Below are positions 43,501-51,852 of a stretch of 64,000 nt of DNA, in pieces (positions within the stretch are counted from its first letter, which is position 1; each line of letters starts with the position of its first letter). The notes under the pieces were generated by a model, which saw only the letters and a list, made by a program, of their open reading frames with translations, was not told the origin of the DNA and did no database searches. The position numbers and the translations under genes were made by a program. Origin of the DNA: a bacterium. Lineage in GTDB: Bacteria; Zhuqueibacterota; Zhuqueibacteria; Oceanimicrobiales; Oceanimicrobiaceae. The stretch is taken from the NCBI GenBank assembly GCA_037446635.1, contig JBBIIG010000016.1:1-64000 (forward strand), in the 5' to 3' direction.

Positions 43501-43922
43501 ACGTGCAAGCGCTGGTGCGAGTCGAAGGATTGTCTCCCGTTGCGGACGTGTTTGCCAGCTTGGGACATATTTACGATTTCAACAAGTCGGTGGAAAAAAG
43601 CTCGCTCAGCCAGCAGAGTGAAAGCACAAATGGGCAAATCCCCGCCGCGCTTGCTTTATTACAGAACTACCCCAACCCCTTCAATCCGGAAACCATCATC
43701 AAGTATCAAATCACTTCGCCTTCCGCGGTTTCTCTCAAAATCTACAACCTGCGGGGTCAGTTGGTGCGCACGCTGGTAGATGCCGTTCAAAACGCCGGCA
43801 ATTACGAAATCCTTTGGGACGGCCGCGATGATTTCGGCAACGAGGTGGCATCGGGAGTGTACCTGTATCGCTTGCAGGCCGATGAGAGCATGGCGGTGAA
43901 AAAGCTGACGCTGCTGCGCTGA
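40583..43922 (+). pseudogene. Large secreted protein (possible glycoside-hydrolase-like N-terminus, BNR propeller, FlgD-like tail), frameshifted near 41495
   Basis: ORF1 has the signal peptide and runs to 'LAYSAKGIVYYLY'; ORF2 continues 'ELGPPTNFQEGLLD' with SxDxGxSW boxes and QNYPNPFNP but has no signal peptide. Confidence 0.7.
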
Positions 43923-43932
43923 TTATTTTTTC

Positions 43933-43966
43933 ACCCTTGCGAAGGATTGCAAACCTTCGCAAGGGT
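43933..43966. repeat. 34-bp doubly palindromic element
   Basis: acccttgcgaagg...ccttcgcaagggt. Confidence 0.7.
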
Positions 43967-43977
43967 CTTTGCACCCA

Positions 43978-44014
43978 AACCCCGGAGACAAACAGACTCC
44001 GGGGTTTTCTTTTT
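43978..44014 (+). terminator. Intrinsic terminator
   Basis: aaccccggag..ctccggggtt plus T tract. Confidence 0.75.
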
Positions 44015-44020
44015 CATAGC

Positions 44021-44049
44021 TTGATTATCTTGGCGAGTATGTTTATATT
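44021..44049 (+). promoter_or_regulatory. sigma70-type promoter of ftsH
   Basis: TTGATT-N17-TATATT. Confidence 0.6.
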
Positions 44050-44076
44050 CAGCCGTCACGAAAATTGGTGCGTGAA

Positions 44077-45978
44077 ATGAACGGCAAAAAAAATCAAAAT
44101 AAAATTAATTAGAGGAAGCTGAGCTTCTCGGTGTGGTACATTTTGCTGGCGTTGTTCATCATGTACTCGCTGCAGAGTTTTATTGTGCGCCAGGACGTCG
44201 AGAAAATTCCCTACAGCGAATTCAAACGGCTGCTGAACGAAGACAAAATCAAACGCTGCACCGTTTCCCCGGAAAAAATTTCCGGCATTAAAATCGCCGA
44301 CAAAGTGGACGGCCAGGCCGCGCCTCCACCGGAAGATAATGTGTTCAGCTTTCAAAAATCAAAATTGGGGCCGGGCGAAAGTTACTTTGAAACCGTGCGC
44401 GTGGAAGACCCCGATCTCGTCAAAGAGCTGCAAGCCAAAAACATCAAGTTCGACGGCAAGGTTGGCGACGATTGGTGGGTGAGCCTGGTTTTTTACTGGG
44501 TTTTGCCGATCATGATTTTGATTGCAATTTGGGGGTTTGCGTTCCGGCGCATGAACCCGCAGGGCGGCTTGATGTCGATCGGCAAAAGCAAAGCCAAAAT
44601 TTACGTCGAAGGCAAAACCAAAGTCACCTTCAAAGACGTGGCGGGCATCGACGAAGCGGTGGAGGAGGTGAAAGAAGTGGTGGAATTTTTAAAGAATCCG
44701 GATAAATTCAAAAGCTTGGGCGGCAGAATTCCGAAAGGCGTGCTTTTGGTGGGGCCGCCGGGCACCGGCAAAACCCTGCTAGCGAAAGCGGTGGCTGGCG
44801 AAGCGAGCGTGCCGTTTTTCAGTTTGTCCGGCTCGGACTTTGTGGAAATGTTCGTCGGCGTGGGCGCGGCGCGGGTGCGCGATCTTTTTCAGCAGGCGGC
44901 GCAGCAAGCCCCCTGCATCGTTTTTATTGATGAATTGGATGCGCTGGGCAAAGCGCGCGGCATCAATCCGCTGGCTGGCCACGACGAGCGCGAGCAAACT
45001 CTCAATCAACTGCTCACCGAAATGGACGGCTTCGATCCCAACGCTGGGGTGATTATTATGTCCGCCACCAACCGTCCGGAAATTCTCGACATGGCGCTGC
45101 TGCGTCCCGGCCGCTTCGACCGCCAGGTGGTGGTGGATCGCCCGGACATCAACGGCCGCGAAGCGATTTTGAAAGTGCACTCGCGCGCGATCAAACTGGC
45201 CCCCGAAGTTGACCTGCGGGTGATTGCGGCGCGCACTCCCGGTTTCGTCGGCGCCGATTTGGCCAACGTGGTGAACGAGGCCGCCCTGTTGGCGGCGCGG
45301 CTCGGCAAAAAGGACGTTTCACTAAAAGATTTAGAGGAGGCCATCGATCGTGTGATGGCAGGCCTGGAAAGAAAGAGCCGCGTTTTGAACAAAAAGGAAA
45401 AAGACATCGTCGCCTTTCACGAAGCTGGCCACGCCATCGTGGGCAGCAGCTTGACGGGCGTCGATCGCGTGCACCGCGTGTCGATCATTCCGCGCGGCGT
45501 GGCGGCGCTGGGCTACACCCTGCACCTGCCAACCGAGGATCGCTACCTTTACAGCAAAGCCGATCTGCAAAATCGCATCAAAGTTTTGCTGGGCGGGCGA
45601 GTGGCCGAGGAGATCACCTTCAAAGAAATTTCCAACGGCGCGTACGACGATTTGAAACGCGCGACCTCTATCGCCCGCAGCATGGTGACGGAGTTTGGCA
45701 TGAGCGAAAAGCTGGGCCCGCTCTCGTACGCGCAGGAACGCCGCCCGTTATTTCTGGGAACCGAAATCAACAACGGCGGCGCGTACAGCGAAAAGATCGC
45801 CAGTGAAATTGACCAGGAAGTGCGAAAAATTATTGAAGCCGCCTATCGCGAAGTCAAAAAATTATTGCAGGCCAAAAAGAAGAAGCTGGGAGAATTGGCA
45901 AAATTGCTGCTGGAAAAAGAAGTCGTGGAAGGAGAAGAGTTGGAGAAGCTGTTGGATGGAAAGAAAAAGAGCGCCTGA
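44077..45978 (+). CDS. ftsH: ATP-dependent zinc metalloprotease FtsH (in-frame TAG at codon 12; alternative GTG start 44131)
   Basis: GPPGTGKT, 'FIDELD', 'LLRPGRFDR', HEAGH; two N-terminal TMs. Confidence 0.93.
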
Positions 45979-46013
45979 AATAACCGCGCCGCTTAATTTT
46001 TTGAAAAGATAAA

Positions 46014-46340
46014 ATGAAACTCGGAACCGTTCACTACATCGATTGCGCGCACTTTCTCCCCGGGCATCCGAAATGCGGACAATTGCACGGCCACACTTAC
46101 AAAATTGAAGTCATCATCGAAGGCGAAAACAAACACGGCATGGTGATCGATTTCGCCGATATGAAAAAAACCGTCAACGCGGTTTTGATGAACTATGATC
46201 ATAAATCGCTGAACGATTTCCTGGAATACCCGTCTGTGGAAAATATCTGTGAGCTGCTGCAAGCGCGGCTGAAAGATAAGTTGAAATTTCCGTTCACCAT
46301 TCGCGTTTGGGAAGGCGACGGCAAATGGGCGGAGTTGTAG
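46014..46340 (+). CDS. queD: 6-carboxytetrahydropterin synthase
   Basis: 'CAHFL', 'CGQLHGHTY', 'GMVIDF', 'DHKSLND', 'PSVEN'. Confidence 0.9.
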   Translation: MKLGTVHYIDCAHFLPGHPKCGQLHGHTYKIEVIIEGENKHGMVIDFADMKKTVNAVLMNYDHKSLNDFLEYPSVENICELLQARLKDKLKFPFTIRVWEGDGKWAEL

Positions 46341-46362
46341 AATTATAAATTAAGCGGTCAAA

Positions 46363-46539
46363 ATGCGTTACCTGGTGAATTTAGAAAAAACAGAAGAGGG
46401 ATACGCCGTTTGGTGTCCAGGATTACCCGGATGCTGGTCGCAGGGGTGGACGGAGGAAGAAGCGCTGGAAAATATTAAAGACGCCATCCGATCTTATTTC
46501 TCTGGCTTGACGATTGACGAATTCAAGAATTTGCTTTAA
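46363..46539 (+). pseudogene. HicB N-terminal domain fused in frame to a HicA C-terminal tail (collapsed hicBA)
   Basis: MRYLVNLEKTEEGYAVWCPGLPGCWSQGWTEEEALENIKDAIRSYF + SGLTIDEFKNLL*; 58 aa, below the ORF-track cutoff. Confidence 0.75.
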
Positions 46540-46547
46540 TCCCATTC

Positions 46548-46964
46548 ATGCCTGATAAAATAAAAACCTTTTCTTGGTTCGATCGACAGATCCTCAGCCT
46601 TACACTCAACTCTCCGAAAGGCAACGTCCTCGATCGCCAGATGATTTCCGAGCTGAGCGAAGCGGTCAAACGCGCGGGCTCGGATTCAAAAATAAAAGCG
46701 CTGGTGTTTGAAGGTGCGGGCGAAAATTTTTCGTACGGCGCCAGCATTCCAGAACATCAACAGGAAGTCGTCGCTGACCTGCTTTCCAAATTTCACGATT
46801 TTTTCCGGTCGCTCATTCAAATCAGCAAGCCCACTTTGGCGCTGGTGCGGGGACAGTGCCTCGGCGGCGGATTGGAATTGGCCGCATTTTGCAACTGGAT
46901 TTTCGCCAGCGACGACGCGCAGTTCGGGCAGCCGGAAATCAAATTGGGAGTCTTCCCGCCGGTG
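46548..46964 (+). pseudogene. 5' half of an enoyl-CoA hydratase (cyclohexa-1,5-dienecarbonyl-CoA hydratase-like)
   Basis: 'PKGNVLD', 'FSYGASIPEH', 'CLGGGLEL', 'FGQPEIKLGVFPP'; homology then stops. Confidence 0.8.
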
Positions 46965-47848
46965 GCGCGGTGCGCAATTCTGGCGTCGTCACAGGCGCTA
47001 TTACTCAGAACGCGGCCGTACCCACGGTGCCGCTGCCAAGCCTTTCGTTTTCTGCAGGAGGCGAAAACGTCACGGTTACAAAGAACGGTTCGCTGGCCCT
47101 GCAGCCGGGTACATACGGTAACGTCCAGGTAAACACAAATGGCAGGTTAGAATTAGTGGATGGCGACTATTTTCTGGAAAACTTGAATCTCGACAAATCG
47201 GCGGTTTTAGTGATCGATGTTTCTGCAGGTTCGGCAACGGTGAATGTTTCGGGATTGATTGGCTTTGGTAAGAATTCGGAAGTGGAGATTACTCCGGGCG
47301 GTGAAAGTGCAACCCAGGAGGCGACGTTCAACAATTTAAATAATGGCACTTTGAAGATTCAAGCCAGCGCAAAAGTTTTGGGCTCGATCATGGCGCCGAA
47401 GGCGACGGTGGTGCTCGACAAGAACGCTCGTTTCAAGGGGGCGATTTTTGCGAAGGCCATCACTGTGAATAAGGGGGCGACTTTTTTGCATCACAGTTCG
47501 ACCACCAGTTTACCGAAAGCCGCTCCGCTGGATGACGAAGCGCCGGCAGAGATCATCGCCTCGGCTCCAGCGAAATTTGAGTTAGGGCAGAACTATCCGA
47601 ACCCGTTCAATCCCAGCACGACCCTTACGTTTGCGGTTCCGCGAGCCAGTGACGTTGCGCTTTCGATTTATAATCTCCGCGGCCAATTGGTTCGCAAGTT
47701 GGTTTCGGGATCCTTTGCGGCCGGCCGGCACCAGGCCGTTTGGGATGGCACGGACTCTGAGGGCGTGCGGGTCGCCAGTGGGATTTATTTTTACAGATTG
47801 CAAGCGCGGGATTTTGTCGCCGTCAAAAAGCTCTTGCTGGCGAAATAG
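46965..47848 (+). pseudogene. 3' remnant of a secreted protein with FlgD-like C-terminal domain
   Basis: Beta-rich repeats and QNYPNPFNP...SGIYFY tail; no start or signal peptide, joined out of frame to the hydratase fragment. Confidence 0.75.
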
Positions 47849-47913
47849 TATCAAATGACCACAGGAGAAGAAGTTATAGGTTTTCTTAGGCATAACGAAG
47901 AAAATGGCTGATT

Positions 47914-48018
47914 AAAGCTGGGAGGATTCATCGGGAATCCTCCCGGCCATTTCCTTCGGTCCGACTATCCCTGGCAGGTTGCTCCTCAGCAGAGCCTGCT
48001 TGCGTTTCGTCGGACGGA
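47914..48018 (-). ncRNA. Candidate ~100-nt structured RNA overlapping the 3' end of the second DUF1670 gene
   Basis: Upstream TTGATT-N16-TATATT promoter; nested stems GUCCGAC/GUCGGAC and GCAGG/CCUGC; terminal 10-bp hairpin. Confidence 0.4.
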
Positions 48019-48857
48019 TTTAATATAGCAGATGCAACCTCAGAATCAAGTCTATTTTGTTCTTTGAGTTTTTTGAGTTTGTCCGGTAGCAGATCGATGT
48101 ATTGCTGGACCACTCGCGGCGCCAGACGGGTGAGCTGACTGATTTTGTCGAGTTGCTGAATGCCATGTTTCCAGAGCATTTCCACGCGCTGGTAGTCGCG
48201 GATATAACGGTCGACCGATTCTGCAGCGTGGTTGGTTTTAATGGCGATGTCGGGCGTGAGATAACCCTCGAGGTAGAGGGTGATAATCTCTCGTTTGTGA
48301 GTGATGGCGCCGGAGAGATCGTGGATGTTGCCGCGGGTCGGCAGCAGCTTGCCGTCTTTCTGGATTTCACAGACGTACTGGCTGACGACGGCATCGCAGA
48401 CGCCCAGCAGAACCGACAAATCGAGATTGGTCAAAACGGCGCCCTGGTCAAAGGCTTCATAGACCCAACGTTCGAGGAGGCGTTTGCGCAGAGTTTTGGA
48501 ATCGAAGCCGTGAGCCAAGTGCGCGATATCGTTATCGGTGACAAACGACAGCACCACCGGCTTCATGCGAGTTTGCGCCAATGATTTGCCTTTTTGTGGG
48601 TATTCATCGACGGGCACCGCCATCCACACCAGTTGACCGTAATGGAGGTGGTGCAGGTCGTCGTCCAGAGAAGAAACCAGAAAATAATCATCGATGAGTT
48701 TGAGCAGGTCATCGATGATGGCGCGGGCGGTGACTTCGCCTTTGTCGTAGCCGTAATGGTTGAGGAAGCGGTGCAAGAGTAACTGGTGGAGACTTTTAGA
48801 TTTAAGTCTCCGGAATTTCTTGAGTTGAATTTGTTCTTTGGTAAGCGGTTTACTCAT
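47928..48857 (-). CDS. DUF1670-type protein B (309 aa)
   Basis: 'EAFDQGAVLTNLDL', 'LPTRGNIHD', 'THKREII', 'TNHAAESVDRY'; ATG overlaps the stop of gene A. Confidence 0.8.
   Translation of the reverse strand: MSKPLTKEQIQLKKFRRLKSKSLHQLLLHRFLNHYGYDKGEVTARAIIDDLLKLIDDYFLVSSLDDDLHHLHYGQLVWMAVPVDEYPQKGKSLAQTRMKPVVLSFVTDNDIAHLAHGFDSKTLRKRLLERWVYEAFDQGAVLTNLDLSVLLGVCDAVVSQYVCEIQKDGKLLPTRGNIHDLSGAITHKREIITLYLEGYLTPDIAIKTNHAAESVDRYIRDYQRVEMLWKHGIQQLDKISQLTRLAPRVVQQYIDLLPDKLKKLKEQNRLDSEVASAILNPSDETQAGSAEEQPARDSRTEGNGREDSR
48022..48049 (-). promoter_or_regulatory. Internal sigma70-type promoter pointing to the left end of the element
   Basis: TTGATT-N16-TATATT with extended -10 TG; same hexamers as the ftsH promoter. 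Confidence 0.55.
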
Positions 48858-49704
48858 GTTGGTCACCCCCTGTGCGCGGTTGAGCAGCGGATTTTTTTCC
48901 CGCCGCCTCGCCGACTTGGGCTGGCGTGAGCAGCTCCTGCAAGCGCTCATTATCCTGTTGTTGATAGGTTTGGTAGAGCTGGATGTACTCTCGCACCAAA
49001 CGGTCGGACTTTCGAGCAATGAGGCGGATTTGATTGGGCGAGAAGTTTTGGCGGTGGAGAGTAGCCACTTGCAGGAAATCGGCCAAATAGCGTTTGACGC
49101 TGGACTCGGAGTGGTTGGTTTTGAGTTCGATGTCGGTGAAGGTGAAGCCTTTGAAGTAGAGGTCGAGGATAATAGTTTTGTGGGAGAGCCCCGGCCCCAT
49201 GTCATGTTTGGTACCGCGCGTCATGATGAACTGCCCTTGTCGGCGCAGATGTTGAACATCGCGGCGAACGGTGGCGGGACTGGTGGTCAAGAGCATGGCC
49301 AGGTCTTCGTAGCTCAACAGCGCGCCCTGGTCATAGGCTTGTCGCGTCAGGCGAGCGAGGCGATGGCGTCTGAGACCAGCCAAGCCATAATTAGCAAGGG
49401 CATCGAGATCGCTGTTCAAGTCGATGAGCTTGAGGCGAACGGTGACTTTACGGGTGAGGCGAATGTGTTTGCCGGCGGGTTCCTCGGCGGCCACCGCCTC
49501 ATAGGCAATCTCACCGGTGGAAAGAGAGACGTTGGCGTGTTCTTCGAAATAAAGCGAGAACTGTTGATAGAAGGCCTCGGCGATGATCGGAGTGAGATTG
49601 AAATCAGTGGCGAGTTTCTGGATGATAGCTGCCCGCGCCTCTTTAGACTTCAGTCGCAGGACGCCATAAGCCCCCTGCGTGCGATAACTTTGTGAACGAG
49701 CCAT
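48850..49704 (-). CDS. DUF1670-type protein A (284 aa)
   Basis: GGAGG RBS; 'QAYDQGALLSYEDL', 'MTRGTKHDMG', 'SHKTII', 'TNHSESSVKRY'. Confidence 0.8.
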   Translation of the reverse strand: MARSQSYRTQGAYGVLRLKSKEARAAIIQKLATDFNLTPIIAEAFYQQFSLYFEEHANVSLSTGEIAYEAVAAEEPAGKHIRLTRKVTVRLKLIDLNSDLDALANYGLAGLRRHRLARLTRQAYDQGALLSYEDLAMLLTTSPATVRRDVQHLRRQGQFIMTRGTKHDMGPGLSHKTIILDLYFKGFTFTDIELKTNHSESSVKRYLADFLQVATLHRQNFSPNQIRLIARKSDRLVREYIQLYQTYQQQDNERLQELLTPAQVGEAAGKKSAAQPRTGGDQHE

Positions 49705-49784
49705 AGGAGTTCCTCCTCTCTTGAACAGGGTTAATATAACTCCTATGGTCATTTGATACAAACTTATGATAAAAGACATGAACT

Positions 49785-49870
49785 TGAGCCACTGATTTTC
49801 ACGGATGTTCACGGACGATCAATTTGAAAAAGCTTTGGCAACCCGTGTCATTAGTGTGAATCAGTGGCTC
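49785..49870. repeat. REP-like inverted repeat of ~9-bp units
   Basis: gagccactgattttcacggat... / ...gtgtgaatcagtggctc. Confidence 0.6.
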
Positions 49871-50153
49871 AAAAACTTTGCTAAAAAAAACAATGTTGTC
49901 GGCTTGTAGTACTGATTTCCAATCAGTGAAGCGATCGGCTCGAAAACTTTAGATGTAAATTCGATGCTTTCCGATAATCCGAGTTCGAGTTTTTAGCTCC
50001 CAAATTTTGCTTGACTTTTAAGCGAATATTGTTTACTTAGATTCGACATTTTTGGGCTCATACCGCGCTCTTTAACCTCTTAAGTTTTCAAGTCTTTTTA
50101 GTCATTTCGGGAGTGGAGGGTTCAAAGCGCAATTGTACTTAGAAAGGATAAAT

Positions 50154-51734
50154 ATGCCGAAAATTTTGCTGGCCGCGGTCGCACTGCTTTTGCTTTTTTC
50201 CGGCGCAGCGATGGCGCTGACGCCGGTTGCGGCGTCGGAGGCGCAGCATGAAGCGGGTGGGTTGGGCGCGAGCTTGCCGGTGTGGAGCGTCATTCCATTT
50301 GTGGGCATTTTGCTCTCAATTGCGCTGTTTCCGCTGTTGGCGCCGAAATTCTGGCATCACAATTTTGGCAAAGTCTCGGCATTCTGGGCCGTGGTGTTTG
50401 CCGCGCCGTTTTTGTTTGCTTACGGGGGAGAAGCGCTTCATGAAGTCCTTCATATCTATTTAGCCGATTACATTCCTTTCATCATTTTGCTCTGGGCGTT
50501 GTTCACGGTGGCCGGCGGCATTTATGTCAAAGGCGCGTTGTGGGGTTCGCCCACCACCAATAGCGTGATGCTGCTTATCGGCACGGTGATCGCCTCGTGG
50601 GTGGGCACCACTGGCGCGTCGATGCTGCTGATTCGGCCGGTGCTGCGCATGAACAAAGCGCGTAAAAACAAAGTTCACATCATCGTCTTTTTCATTTTTT
50701 TGGTGAGCAACATTGGCGGCTCGCTGACGCCGTTGGGAGACCCGCCGCTGTTTTTAGGATTTTTACACGGCGTGCCTTTTTTCTGGACGTTTCATCTCTT
50801 CCCGCCGATGCTGTTGGTATCCGTGCTGCTGCTGGCGATGTTTTTCATCTTCGATACCATCATGTACCGCCGAGAAGGTTTGGCGGGAACCCACACCATC
50901 CGTGATATCGATGTCGAGTTGGAAGAAGAACACGGCGGCACAATGGTGGTGGAAGAGGAAGTGATGGCCAATCCCGGTTCGCGCCGCGTTACCAAAGAGA
51001 AGCTCTCCATCGAAGGATTGATCAACCTGATTTTTTTGGCGGGAATTGTTGGCGGAGTGTTGTTCAGCGGTTACGTGAAAATCGGCGAGCTGAATATTTT
51101 GGGCGTGCACATCCCTACGGAGTTCGCCATTCGCGATGTCTTTTTGGTTTTGATGGGACTGCTCTCGCTGCGTTTCACCGAGAAAGAAACCCGCGAAGGC
51201 AACGAGTTTTCCTGGTTTCCGATTAAAGAAGTGGCGATCCTGTTTGCGGGAATTTTTATGACCATCATCCCGGCGTTGAAAATGCTACAAGCCGGCGCGC
51301 ACGGCCATCTGGCGTTTATCATTGAAGCGGTCAAAGAGCCGTGGCATTATTACTGGATCACCGGCTCGCTGTCGAGTTTCCTCGATAACGCTCCGACCTA
51401 TCTCACCTTTTTCAATACCGCCCTCGGTAGTTTACAATTGACGGAGGCGCAGATTGCCGAGGCCCTGCGCTATTCGCACGCGGTGCTGGCGCAGCACGGT
51501 TTCACGGAAGAGCTGATTCAAAAAATGGAAAGCTTCACGCCCATCCTGCTGGCGATTTCCTGCGGCGCGGTGTTCTTTGGCGCCAACACCTACATCGGCA
51601 ACGCACCCAATTTTATGGTGAAATCCATCGCCGAAGAGAACAATATTAAAATGCCAAGCTTTTTTGGATATATGATGTACTCGATTGTGATTTTAATACC
51701 GCTGTTCATCCTGACGACGTTTATTTTCTTTTAA
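50154..51734 (+). CDS. IT-superfamily putative Na+/H+ antiporter or carboxylate transporter
   Basis: Many TMs; 'SNIGGSLTPLGDPPL', 'LSSFLDNAPTY', 'TYIGNAPNFMVK'. Confidence 0.82.
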   Translation: MPKILLAAVALLLLFSGAAMALTPVAASEAQHEAGGLGASLPVWSVIPFVGILLSIALFPLLAPKFWHHNFGKVSAFWAVVFAAPFLFAYGGEALHEVLHIYLADYIPFIILLWALFTVAGGIYVKGALWGSPTTNSVMLLIGTVIASWVGTTGASMLLIRPVLRMNKARKNKVHIIVFFIFLVSNIGGSLTPLGDPPLFLGFLHGVPFFWTFHLFPPMLLVSVLLLAMFFIFDTIMYRREGLAGTHTIRDIDVELEEEHGGTMVVEEEVMANPGSRRVTKEKLSIEGLINLIFLAGIVGGVLFSGYVKIGELNILGVHIPTEFAIRDVFLVLMGLLSLRFTEKETREGNEFSWFPIKEVAILFAGIFMTIIPALKMLQAGAHGHLAFIIEAVKEPWHYYWITGSLSSFLDNAPTYLTFFNTALGSLQLTEAQIAEALRYSHAVLAQHGFTEELIQKMESFTPILLAISCGAVFFGANTYIGNAPNFMVKSIAEENNIKMPSFFGYMMYSIVILIPLFILTTFIFF

Positions 51735-51852
51735 GTATGATTGTTTGATAAATTTGGAGATTTAAAACCAGAAGTTTTAAAAACTCTGCGTTCTCCGCAA
51801 CCTCAGCGGTGAATTATTTCAGACCGCTTGGAAATGAATAAGTAAAAACGCC

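Larger units (their letters stand above)
47848..49759 (-). mobile_element. Candidate insertion element with terminal inverted repeats encoding two DUF1670-type proteins
   Basis: Left end gtatcaaatgaccacaggag (47848-47867); right end ctcctatggtcatttgatac (49740-49759); 19/20 inverted match; two coupled paralogous ORFs fill the interior. Confidence 0.8.

Noticed and set aside
47975..48015. Hammerhead ribozyme (CGAAAC and CUGAGGA present on the minus strand)
   Set aside because: Stems II and III and the NUH cleavage triplet cannot be formed in the required order.
47928..49205. 425-aa version of DUF1670 gene B
   Set aside because: The extension overlaps gene A out of frame; the coupled ATG at 48857 with a GGGGG/GG RBS is the likely start.
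48838..49695. 285-aa plus-strand ORF inside the element, and other long antisense ORFs
   Set aside because: Shadow frames of GC-rich coding genes with no motifs or RBS.
47838..49770. Target-site duplication flanking the DUF1670 element
   Set aside because: The flanks (gcgaaata / aaacttat) share no convincing direct repeat.
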